A stretch of DNA of 64,000 nt from a virus: IMG/VR virus record IMGVR_UViG_3300045988_069061; one strand, written 5' to 3'. The position numbers and the translations under genes were made by a program. Within the stretch, counting starts at the first letter, position 1. Every line of letters begins with the position of its first letter. This document shows, one piece after another, positions 12,577 to 24,329 of the stretch. Below the pieces are notes generated by a model that was not told the origin of the DNA, made no database searches, and was given only the letters and a program-made list of their open reading frames with translations.

Positions 12577-13671
12577 TTAAATAAATTATTAGGTATTTGG
12601 TAGTCTACATAAGATTTTAGTGTAGAATCTACAAAATCTAAGTCGGCTATCATATTCTGAACTTCCTTTTTGGTGATAAAATTGTTGTTATTGTTTTCCA
12701 CAATTTGACCTACAATTCTATCTATTTCTTCTTTACTATAAACTCCTAGATTAGTTCTAGCTAGCGTCTTCTCAGATTCTGTTTTAAACTCGCCTAAATA
12801 ATTTTCTTTACATAAATGAGTTTTATATTTTGGTTTTGGACATTCTCTAATAAGCTAATTATCACATCCGAATCCCGTATCTACACTTCCTATAACTGAA
12901 TCTGGATTTTTATGTTTCGGAGTTTTACAGCTAAGGTTGATTTCAGGAGGTGGAGGGACTGGCTTATCGTTATGTTCAAATCCCGTACTTATGGTAGTCA
13001 TCACAGAATCCCCTTCTATAAAATCAATATGATTTTCAGGAGGTGGAGGAACTGGCTTAGTATCATAGCCAAGCTTTATAGTATTAAGTAATGATTTAGA
13101 AGGAAGTAGCTAGGGCTTTTCATTCCCTAGCTATATTTTATCCTTTTCTAAATTCTCATTCATTTAACGTAATCTTATCTGGATACCCAGAAGTATAATC
13201 ATATTTTATAACATCTTCAACTGTCTTAAGCTCTTTTATAGCTAATAGATGTTGAGTTGTGTTTACATAACATTTCCCAGCGTACACCTCTAGCTAAGCT
13301 AGAAATTCTTTTACCTTGTCTACTGGTAATTCGATTATTTCACTACCAAGAACCAAAGACATATTACCAGTACTACAATTAGCTAAATTTTGTAGTCCGA
13401 CTCTAGTAGCTTTATCTAACCAATACTCTTTGTCGTTATAATAGAACGAATCAACGTTAGATGATTTATCATATGCTTTAATAGCTGCTTCTAAAACTGG
13501 AAGCATTAATTTAAAATAACATACTCCATCTTTTCGCTCAAATAACTCCTTCCAAACACTCAAGGGGAGCCTTAACAGCTCCTCGTGAGTGAGTAAGGAT
13601 TTCAAAGAGTCATCCTTATTAATTACATAATAACGATTATCGTGACTTATTTGCATGAAATTATCAGCCAT
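12577..13671 (-). CDS. hypothetical protein with two KPVPPPPE proline-rich repeats; TAG read-through
   Basis: Fragment 13294..13671 (MADNFMQISHDNRYYVINKDD...) ends at TAG. The downstream frame is open to ~12577. Confidence 0.4.
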
Positions 13672-16600
13672 TCTTAGAATAATTAAATTTAGTAAACGGT
13701 ACTCCTTGATGTTTAGTTAATCTCCAAGCATTGTTATATTGAACAGTATTCCAGTAAGATGGGTCATTATAACTACCAGTAACCCATTCATTAGAGTATG
13801 TATAACCTCCAGAACCTCCGTCATATTGCTAAGTTCTTTGATAAGAATAGTTGTTAGCAGCTGACGAGTTAATAGAAGTAGTAATATTATTTACTCCAGC
13901 ATTATCTCCAGAACCTACTATATTAGACCATACAGATGGGAACTAATTAGTAGCTCTAGAATAAGCAATAGAGAATATAGGAGTAGTTAATACTCCACCT
14001 CCATTAGAAACTGAGGTACTAATAGGCTATCTTACTGTATCTCCAGTATTGAAATTACTTCCAGAGACACTATAACCTCTATAGTAAATAATTCTAGAGA
14101 ACTCAGCTACTGAAGGAGCATACCAATTACCTTTCTTATAAGCTGAATTTAGAGTTTCTCCATCCTTTACAGACGGTTCATATACCTACATACTATAGAA
14201 GTATGGATATAATAGACAGCTCATAATATCTGTTCCAGAAGCATTGGTCCATACTGTCTGAATAGCTTCACATAGATTATTTAAGTTAGACTTAGATTCT
14301 ATGTAGTATTCCCATGAAGTACTACCTCCTGAAGAAACTTGTTTTCTGCTAATATAAGGCTTACAAGCTGAGTTATTATACAAAATAGGAAGTAACTTAC
14401 TATTTACATGATTAATATATAATTCAGTATCAGACTTACCAGCAAATGCTGTATTTACCTGTATGTTGTAGGTAGATACATTAATATTATTAATTAAGTT
14501 AGGAGTAGCAGTACCAGAAACAGTTTCATAATTAGAAACAGACACGCTAGACAAATAGGCTTGTACCTAATACAGCTGTTGTAATATCTATTCCTGAGAA
14601 CCAGAATTTCCATCTGCACTATATCCTAAGTAGTAAGACTTTTCTTCATCAGTGTATTCCTTACCAATGATGTAAACTACTCCAGACGTATCATCACTTT
14701 CATCCTTTGCATACACTAGACCAACTAAAGTCTTAGTAGCATCAAATGAGCTAGTAAACGTACCATCAGCATATGCAAAGTCTCCAAGCTAAGGAGCCTT
14801 CCAAGCGAAGCTTACTTTAACAGTTTTTCTAATGGGAGTTCCACTATTAGCAACCTTCATACTGATAGTTACTGTAGCAGTACTACTAGATTCTTTCTTT
14901 AAAGTAATAGCACCAGTCTAATCAATTGTAGCTACATCAGTAGATACTCCTGACATAGAGTATGTAATATCTAAGTATCCATTTACAGATGGATTATATG
15001 GGTTAGTTCCCTATTTAATTTCAACATCATTACCAGAATCTACTGTAATATCAAATAGATTTTGACGAACAATAGTTCCGGATTCTCCAGCCTAGTAATA
15101 TACAGAAACTTCTCCAGCGCAACTGAAATCCAAAATTTCTGCACTTTGGAAGTGTATTCTAATCTTAGATTCAGGGTCAGAAATGTCACCAAATGTGTTA
15201 ACAAGTAACTATTTAGTAGCAAAGCTAATTGCTTTAAGAGTTGTACTTCCTGCAGTATTTACAATGTAAATATCTCCAGTTAAGTTACAAGTATTTGTAA
15301 GAATCATCTTTCTTAAAGCATCTTCTGTTATATATAAATTTGCATTTCTAATAGTTACTGACTGAAGGGCATTGCAGTTAATTAACTATTCGCAGAAATT
15401 AGCCACATCAAAACTTCCTACATTATCGCAGTCAATATATACTGTTGATAAATTATTCAATCCTTCAAATGTAATATCAGTCAATCCTGGATTATCATAG
15501 ATTCTAAATGTTTCTATAGTATCTGGAAGAATTACATTCTTTAATCTACCAGTCTGTGGGAATACTACACTCTTAGTAGTAGTCTTAGAGAAGTCTATAG
15601 TCTCTAACTTTAAGAATTTAGACAAGTCCATTTCTGTAGGAAGTGTCATATTTCTAAGAGTTAAGCTCTCTAATACTGGGAATGAAGGAGTAAATAAGCT
15701 GATAGCTAAGTCCGGATAATCGCTTGGGAATAGACTAGTATAATCGTCTAACTAAGCATTATCAATTTGGAACTCAGTAGTTCTAGCAAAATCTGCATCA
15801 ATAGTAGACATCTTTAAACCTAAAATATTTAACTTCTTATATAAAGTAGTTAAGTATATACCTTGGTTAATTGCAGGATCTCCTTGATTGATTTCGGCTG
15901 TATAACTATTTCCTGTCTATGCTAAATTCTTAATTGCATCAAAGTTAGATGTCTAGAAATTAGATAGATAAAGGTTTTTACCGTTGTAATGATAAACAGG
16001 ATAGCAATCCTAATATGGTTCAAACTCCATTCTTAATCTCAGAGTATCACCACTACCTGCAGAACTTGCAGTTCTTAGTGCAATAGCTCCTAAAGAAGTC
16101 TATGCATAAGTAGAAAGGAATGCAAATCTCTTGGTCATGAACTATTTCTCACAAGCTAAGCAAGAGCCGTGGCTTTGTTCGATAGGTTCAATCTCGTTGT
16201 TACTATAATATGAAAGTACCTTAGAATTTTTAATAGCCTAAGCATTTTCATAATATATCTTAGCTGTATGGTTATATGCTACTGCTGGGAACGTTTCTTG
16301 AACATTAAAGAACACTTTATAGAAGTAATTTGATTTATCTTCCATACTGTTACTGTTCTTAAATGCAGTATTTATAACACTTGCTAAATATGTTTTTATT
16401 TCAGATTCGAAACATTGGTCAAACATATAGAAGAATACATTGTTAGCATCTCCCCAATATACTGAGTCAGCTTCTCTATAGGAAGTCTCTAGCAAATTAT
16501 AGGGCTTAGATTGAAGACCGTTGTTATCAGTTACTAAGATAGTATCTAAGTCGTCTCCAATAAGTCTAACTAGATAATCCCCCTTACCACTCTCAACAAA

Positions 16601-19600
16601 TTCTCCTTCTTCGTTTTCTTCTCTTAGTTTTCCAATAATTTGGAAATATGTATTTTTAGCTCTATTGTCAGTTCCAGATACAAACTTAATAAAAGCCTAG
16701 TGGAAAGCAATATCATTTACATCTATGTAGTTCTTAATTCCTGTAATGAAATTAGCTTTCATTGCATCTAATGCAGCAGGAATACCTAAAGCGCTACTTG
16801 TTCCAGCTAACTCGTAGATATTAGCTCTAGCCCATCCAGTAGCAGATTCATAACTTACTCCCGCACATACCCAAGTTCCGTTAATATCATCATAACGATA
16901 AATATCTCCGGACTTATGACTAGTTGGATTTAGCGTACAAGTACTAGCTGTTACAATGTACTTTTTAGTTACATCCCATCCAGAAGGACTAGTAGCACTT
17001 GTCTGAACCATGTTGTAATCATGTGTATAAACGAAGTCGTAGAACTCTCTAAACTTCTTTAAAGATTCATGTACTGATTCAGCAAATTGGAAGTATGTCT
17101 TTCCACTATCATTTTCTACTTCTTCACAACCATAATCAATATCCCAAGCTCCTCTCTAATCGTATACAACAGATTCATCTTCGATTAAAAGATTATCCCA
17201 AGGACGAAGTAAAGAATTAGTATAAGTTATAGTTGGTTGATTAGTTAGTCCATAAGTATCTTCTCCAAGTACACCAGAGGCTCTTTGAAGCGCCTACCAA
17301 GGACGTCTAAAGTTTACAGATGGGTCAGTGTTTTCACCACCTTCTAGCATTAGATATTCCGGAGTTATATCTTCGTCATATCCGCTGGAAGCATCGTCTC
17401 CTTTACCTGCTCCCCAAGTTTGGAATCCCATAAATTTGATAGACTCATCATTATCTAACAAATCTGCTAGTTCTACAGTAGAAACATCTTCTAAATCAGT
17501 TTCCCAGTAGAAGTATAGGAATGGTTCTTCATGTACAGCTTTCTATCCTCCTGAAATTAAATTTCCTCTAGATTCCTTATATGCATCATCAAATAATTTA
17601 CAAGAACCAATCTTATGAGACTGCATAGAAGAAGCAAAGTTTACTTTACCTACTAATTTAGTTATCTTATATGCAGTGGTATCTTGCTATCCATCATAAG
17701 GAGGCATTACATAGTAACCCTTCGTAGAAGAAGCATCTTCTCTAAACGTATTAGTATCTGTATCTAACTAGGAGTATGGAGTAAATGGACTCTTTATTTT
17801 TAGTCCTCCCTAATCCTTTAATTTATTCAAAGCATAGGTAACATTCCAAATTAAATATCTCATTGCAGATGAACCTTGCCCTTTTACTCGACCATGAGTT
17901 AATCTACCTCCGTATAAGTTATTAACAGCAGGGTTAGCATAGTTAACAAATAAAGTTACTGGAGATTTTTTCTATGCTGTTTCTTGCGGAGGAGTTTCAT
18001 TATCTTCACCTCCCCAAGCTCTATGTGGGAATTTAGCTCCAGTCGGGAATACATATACTAAAGTATTATATTTACTATTAGCTCTACTAAAAGAGATTTC
18101 TCCATTAGTTCCAAGAATATCATTCTTGTCGAAGAACTCTTCTTTAGAGGTCTTTTCTTTCAAGAAAGAAAGATAATTTTTCTAAACCTGATTGAAAGTA
18201 AGAACAGTACTATTATATACTCTGAATAGATAAAAATCAATATCAGCAGTTGTAGGATTAATCTACAGTGCTGCAGAAGTGAACGTATTAAGTTCTGAAT
18301 CTGTTAAAGAAATTTCTCTATCTATTACTCCATTTACATATATTCTAACTAAGTTAATGCTAGTGGTAGGAGCTACCTAATCAAAAGCACTCTAGAAGCT
18401 AGCTAGGAAGTTCGGATAATAAATATCACTCTTAGAGATAACAAAGCCTTTCTATACAGTTACTAATACATGAGTCTCTACTCCTTCTTGGAATTGAGCA
18501 TTTCTAGCATTAAATAAATCAGTATCCTCAGTATTCCAACAGAATTGAGTAGGTCTCAACTAGAAGTTTCCTATTGTAGCTATTGGTTTGCTCTCATCAC
18601 TAATGTTATAAGTTTTAAATCCTAATTCAATAGTGAAATTATTTCCTAATCCTAAACTTAGAGGTGATTTTAGTATAGGATTATCCTGTGCAGATACTTT
18701 AAATATTGTACGCCCATCTTCTTCCTACCATCCGTCTGACGATTCCAAATCTGATATTACCGTAGCCGGATTTGAACCAGTGGCATATTCGTCAGTAACA
18801 AAAATATCATTTAAGTAGCCTTCAATCTAGTCAAAGTTCTTAGAAGGAGCTATATCCTACGAATATATAAATTCTGGATTCACTGCCTCTACTCTCATAG
18901 TTTTGAAGTTGCTTGTATAGGCGGTAGTCTATCCTAAACTATTAGTAAATACAGTATAGAACTTATAGTAAGTATCATCTACTTTAATTACTAAATATTT
19001 TTCAGAATCGCTACTATTTATCTCTATATATTTTTTATACGAAGTGTCGTAGACTCCCTATTCATTGTAAGATGAAGCGCTAATAACTTCATACTTCATG
19101 ATTTCAGTAGGATTCATACTTTCAGAGTCTGGCATTTCATTCTCTAGATAAGTAGTTATAGCCATAGAGCTATTATCTGGGCTAAATACAGTTAACTCAT
19201 ATAGAGTAGCTACGCCATTGTTCGCAATACCATTACTTACTCCATTAATAGCAACGATTGTTTCTGCGCAATTATATGTATAAATAATATCTACATAAAT
19301 ATAGTCTGTATAAATAGAACTCTCAGTATTATGGACTGCCTTTACAGCTAATTGATTAAGTCCTGAGGTTAAACTAGAATAATTCAATACCCCTCCACTT
19401 GTAGAAAGTGCAGAGCCGTTATTAAATCCCTCTAAGTGATAATTGCTAGTTGTTCCTCCAGTTAAAGAGAAATTAACTAGGTTGTTACTTAAGACAACTT
19501 CCCCATTGTAATTAAGAGTGATTACTTCTGTAGTAATTGGAAGGTCTAAAGTATCTTCTACTTCAGGGTCATCTATTACCTGAGCAGTAATTTTCTTAGC

Positions 19601-20179
19601 AGACTAAGTTTTAGTAAATAACTCAGTAATATCTATCCAAGCTAGAGTATCAATTAATTCCTCTGATGATACATTAACTCCAGTAATTGCTCCAGTAGAA
19701 GAATCAATAATACACTAGTTATATTTAATATTGTTTACTCTAAATGTTCCAGATTGAGTTCCATAACTAATCTTAACATTGAAAGGTCCAATTCTATCTG
19801 TTGTTACAGAAGTAGTAGCAACGGCGTACATTGCAATACCAACCTTAACATTTCTATCAGAGTTATATTGCATCAAAAGAGAACTATTAGCCTCGGTATA
19901 GATTTTGTCAGTCTTATTGTCTAACATTACTCCATACACCATAATACCATAAGAGTACGTGGGAGGAATAACTGATACTTCAGTTTCTACCTTATCTCCA
20001 TTACTCTTAAGAAGAGTAAGGATGCTAGTAGAAGAATCATACGATGCATCTACTATATCCTATCCCTCTGTCTTCTCTATTTTTCGGCTTATGAAATCCT
20101 CAACCTCCATTCCAGAATGTCCATCCCATTCTGTTGCTAAATCTGTAATCTGATTAGGTAAATTTTCAAATTTTGCCAT
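13664..20179 (-). CDS. giant virion or tail protein (~2170 codons) with an LRR-like segment; many in-frame TAGs
   Basis: ORF-track fragments 19715..19942, 19058..19387, 17972..18163, 16697..17011, 16238..16495, 15386..15649 and 14186..14554 all share one frame (end coordinate mod 3 = 1). Hand translation from ATG ~20177-20179 (MAKFENLPNQITDLATEWDGHSGMEVEDF...) met only TAG stops until TGA at 13664-66. 15386..15649 contains an LRR-like stretch (LTDITFEGLNNLSTVYIDCDNV). An undetected TAA or TGA that would split this gene cannot be excluded by eye. Confidence 0.4.
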
Positions 20180-20409
20180 TTTTTACAAATCAATTATTTT
20201 TCCATGAATCATCTTTTAACCAAGGTCTGTCTTGTAGCCAAGTTCCGCTACCAAAACAGCTTCTAACAGCATCGTATACGGTAAGCCAGACTAACTACGA
20301 CCCTTTATATATAGCTCCAATGTTCTTTTGTACTCTTTGCTAAACTTGTTCTACAAGTTCTAGAATATCTTTTTGGACCTGTAATATTAACTTACCATTT
20401 CTATATATC

Positions 20410-20758
20410 ATAATTTAGCAAAATCTTCCTTGACTTTAGCTTTTATCTATTTTAATATGTTAAGATATTCCTTATATTCATTAATAACTTCAGAATCAGA
20501 AGTAAGATTTTCTGAATAGCTATTATATGAATTGATTAAATCAAATTCTTCATCGACTGTAAGGAATCTTCTAACTATAGCTTTTACACAATCTTTGTAA
20601 TTAGGCTGTCCATTTAATAATACCTAGATAAAACTATAGTAAGTTTTTTCTTTTATGGTATTGTCTAAATCAAGTACTTCAACACTAATTTCTTTTATAT
20701 CATAGTTATAGTAATAAGTACCGTTCCCAAGTTTTTGGATTGTCTAAGGATAAACGTC
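20410..20758 (-). CDS. small hypothetical protein overlapping the 3' end of the RT gene in another frame; candidate DGR accessory gene
   Basis: ATG ~20756-58 (MDVYPQTIQKLGNGTYYYNYDIKEISVEVLDLD...), two in-frame TAGs, ends at TGA ~20410. Its position directly after the RT gene is suggestive only. Confidence 0.3.
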
Positions 20759-21980
20759 CATTTGTATTCTATTCGGCTCTAACATAAGGTGTTATTTTAA
20801 AATTTATAGGAAATTTGTATCTAAGCAAAGAATAGTGTAATCTCCTATTCTTACTTTTAAAATAGTAGGGTTTATTGTTATACATGAAATGCACTCGAAA
20901 ATGATTGTCATAATCAATAACCTCTACAATGTGAATATATTTATTATAAAACTTAGATATGTTAACTTCTTTTCCATTCCAGTTAGAGAATTTCAATCCA
21001 GTTAACTCCTCTACCTTTCTCAGCAAGTTCTTAGAGTTGCAAAATTTCATCCATCCAAAATAAGACCTCATTCTTCTATTCAATTCATCTTTATCAATCT
21101 TATTCTATTTATATAGATTTATAAGCCTAAACATCCTCATTTTTATAGATTTTCTCAGTAGAACATGAGTATGATAGAATTTATAGCCTACGAAATCAAT
21201 ACCTCTGCTTTCTACAGGGAATATTCGATAATTAGGCTTCAACTCTAGGTTAAGAACCTGTTTCAAATATAGTTTTATAGATACTAATACATTTCTCAAA
21301 TAATTCTTGTCATTACCAAGAATCACAATATCGTCAGCATATCGAAAGTAGTACTTACATTTTAACTCCTCTTTTACCCAGTGGTCAAAATATGTCAGAT
21401 ATAAATTTGCAAAGAATTGTGATAGATAATTTCCAATAGGAACTCCCTTCGCTGAATAAATTATTTCTTTCAACAGTTTTAATAGTTTTTTATCCTTTAT
21501 CTTTCTCTATAACATTTCGTATAAAATGTCGTGAGTTATAGAAGGATAGAATTTTTTTATATCCATTTTCAAGCAATACTTTGTTTCTTCTGGATGTTTC
21601 TATAACACCTTAAACAAATCATACTCTACTTTATGAATACCTCTATTTCGTATAGAGGAATATGTTTGGTCTATAAATATACTAGTCCAAATAGGCTCCA
21701 TAATATTCATTATAGCATGGTGAGTTATTCTATCTGGATAGTATGGAAGTCTAAAGATTAATCTTTCTTTAGGTTCGTATATTATAAAGGTACTATATTC
21801 AGAGGTTTGATAAATCAAATCCCTTAACTTATCGGATAATTCCTTATTTTCTTTTAATCTATTCTTATCATGCTGCTTGATTCCACATCTAATAGACTTA
21901 TTTCTTCTGGCTTTATCGTCAGCTAGTTCGATGTTATCTTCAGCGTATACTTTCTCGTGCAAATATCCTACACGTTTCAA
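20706..21980 (-). CDS. DGR-type reverse transcriptase (~424 aa) with in-frame TAG codons
   Basis: ORF-track fragments 21600..21980, 21105..21473 and 20769..21083 are in one frame and separated only by TAG codons (cta at 21600, 21105, 20769). Motifs: ITHHAIMNIMEPIW...SSIRNRGIH (RT motifs 1-2), GVPIGNYLSQFFANLYL (QG motif), YFRYADDIVILG (YxDD). The frame ends at TAA 20706-08. Confidence 0.8.
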
Positions 21981-22120
21981 TTTTTTATATATTTCATCGG
22001 AAGCGTTCGAGAATTAACCTACTAACACCCTTCATTCAACACTACGTTATCTTTTGCCTAGAGGCAAGGATATTACTTAGCAAACTAAAAAAAAATAATA
22101 AAATGTTTCTAAATATATAA

Positions 22121-22219
22121 TAACTCGACATTGGAATTGGCATTGCTGACGTCATTGTTAGAATTGAAATAGCTGAGACCTGCATTGCTGCCATTATTCG
22201 CGTTGCTGCCTACTAGCAG
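22121..22219 (-). repeat. DGR template repeat (TR), non-coding, between the target gene and the RT gene
   Basis: A ~99-bp AT-rich copy of the GC-rich 22322-22420 segment. About 30 mismatches, all but one at plus-strand T positions, i.e. adenines in the gene-sense (minus) strand. Confidence 0.75.
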
Positions 22220-22297
22220 TACTTTTTTGCCAATCAACGGTTTTTAGAAGTAATATCCTACGATTTATCATCTAAATCGATTTTTATATTGTATATC

Positions 22298-24115
22298 TTA
22301 AGATACTCTATTCAGAGTCCTGAACCCGATAATGGAACTGGCAACGCCGACGACATTGCTAGAAGCGAAATAGCCGAGACCCGCACCGCTGCCACCATAC
22401 GCGTCGCCGCCCACCAGCAGCGTGCGAAGCGCTGTGCTGCTTGCGTTGCAGTAATGGGAATCGCAAATATAAGTAGTAGTACTTCCTCCAACAGCGGATG
22501 GAATTATTTCAGCGGTTTTACCTAAGTCAAATGCCTTAATATAACCATCCGATGCTACTTCGTATCCTGCAACGGTTTTCTCTCCAACTACGTCTGTAAA
22601 TTCCGATATGTTAGTAGTTGTATAGACAGTGTTAATCTCATTAGCAGCTGCTCTCACTATAACTACTCCGTCCAGGTTAGTCCAAATGTCTCCAAACGGA
22701 TTATCGAACCCTCTCCAGCGAGGTACTTTAAATGTATGAGTTGCTACTGTATTTGTGCCATCTTGAGCTGTACATTCTGGAATAACTAAATCTTTTACTC
22801 CAGTGAAGTTACCAAATTCATTGCAGTAACCACAAGGCGTAAGTGGATATGTTGCATTATATCCTGACCAACTTGTAGCTGCGTTAGCCCAATCTGTAAC
22901 TCCAGGTCCCAAACCCCCTTGATGATATCCATCCGCAGTTAACTCTGCATTATATGCAGCCTAAGAATTAAAATTAGCATATTCAATAACATAATTCCAG
23001 TAGAATATCCATTTGTAATATTCATAGCATAGCAATTCTGAACCAGCATTTGTTGCATATGTTCTCATAGTAGCTCTAGAAATATTAGTTCTAGGCTTTC
23101 CTAAATCACTTCTGAATATATCCTTAGTTTTTACTTCTGTAGTTAGATAATCATCGTAGTTAGCTCTATTTCCTCCACCTCTAAATGCAGTAGTAGTATT
23201 AACTACTGATACAGCTTTTGGAGTTGCAGAGACTGTGGTATCAACTGTACTTCTGTATGCATCTATTAATAGTTCAGGAATTTCTACCCATGAATCATCA
23301 ATTTTGACAGTAGAAGTTCTAACCCATCTTTTGTTTCCATCGCTGCCAGATTTTCCATAAAATTTAGGAGTATTAACTCTTACTGTTCCATCAGTTCCAT
23401 CTAAGACAGATGGAGTTTTGCCGTCTTCTTTATAAGACCAGTCATCTGGAAACAGATAGTAATTTACTACATCATTGTTTGCTACACAACCTCTATACGC
23501 TGACTGAATAGGAAGAGATTTATGCAACAAAGGATTACCTATTCTAGTAAGTTCCGGAGATGCTACTGTAACATTCCATTCTACTCCATAGGAATATAAA
23601 TCCATATTACTATTTAGCTCAGTAACCTACTTATCAAGCTTTTGTTGTGCCTTCTACAATTCTTCCCAAGCCTCATTTAGTGCTGTAAATTGCTCTTCTA
23701 GCTTAGAACTTGAATCTGCCCATTCAGCAGTACCATCTGCTGAGAAAACTAGCATCTATCCAGACGCTCCTCCAGATGGAATATGTTTATTTCCAGAAGT
23801 AGTTGGGTGTACATAATCATTAGCATTATTAGCTATAGTACTTAACTTTTCCTTCTCAGTTTTAGTATAATTGGCTTCAGAAAGTCCCTTTCCTAACTCC
23901 TTATCTACTTTGCCTTCAAGCTCACCCTTAGTAGCTAATTCACTAATATCCTAATGCTCAGTCAAATATCCACTATCATTCTGTAACTAAGAAGTTTTAG
24001 TTGGAATTGCATTAGCTTTGGCATATGTCGTATCTATAACATTTCCAGCACCATCGTAAGTAGCTTTTAAATCGTATGTGGTTTCCCCAACCTTTATAGA
24101 TTTGATTGCTGCCAT
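22298..24115 (-). CDS. DGR target gene 1: fibre or receptor-binding-like protein (~605 aa) with a C-terminal variable region; TAG read-through
   Basis: Fragments 22961..23605 and 22298..22912 are in frame and separated by TAG. Upstream translation stays open to ATG ~24113-15 (MAAIKSIKVGETTYDLKATYDGAGNVIDTTYAKANAIP...). The C-terminus (...LLVGGDAYGGSGAGLGYFASSNVVGVASSIIGFRTLNRVS) is encoded by a GC-rich island. The stop at 22298-300 is TAA. Confidence 0.6.
22322..22420 (-). repeat. DGR variable repeat VR1 at the 3' end of target gene 1
   Basis: Pairs with the TR at 22121-22219. Differences are confined to TR adenines (gene sense), the hallmark of adenine-specific mutagenic retrohoming. Confidence 0.75.
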
Positions 24116-24120
24116 ATCAT

Positions 24121-24317
24121 TGTATTATTAAAGTTTCACCAACTACATCGTGATCTATTCCCTCTATGGAAGCAGTTAGGTCCTCAACAGCCTTCTACAA
24201 TTCTGCTTTAGTAGCATAGTTCTTGAGAACTTCCTAGTCTACTCCAGAGCCTCCTCCAACAACTTTTACTGGTTTGGCAGAACTCTTAAACTGTCCTTCA
24301 ATATAAATTGTTCCCAT
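24121..24317 (-). CDS. small hypothetical protein (MGTIYIEGQFKSSAKPVKVVGGGSGVDQEVL...); in-frame TAGs
   Basis: Hand translation. Ends at TGA ~24121. Confidence 0.3.
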
Positions 24318-24329
24318 ATTGTTTAAAAT

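Noticed and set aside
15040-15222. ORF 15040..15222 (minus strand)
   Set aside because: It is in a different frame from, and nested inside, the single-frame giant ORF 13664..20179. Likely spurious.
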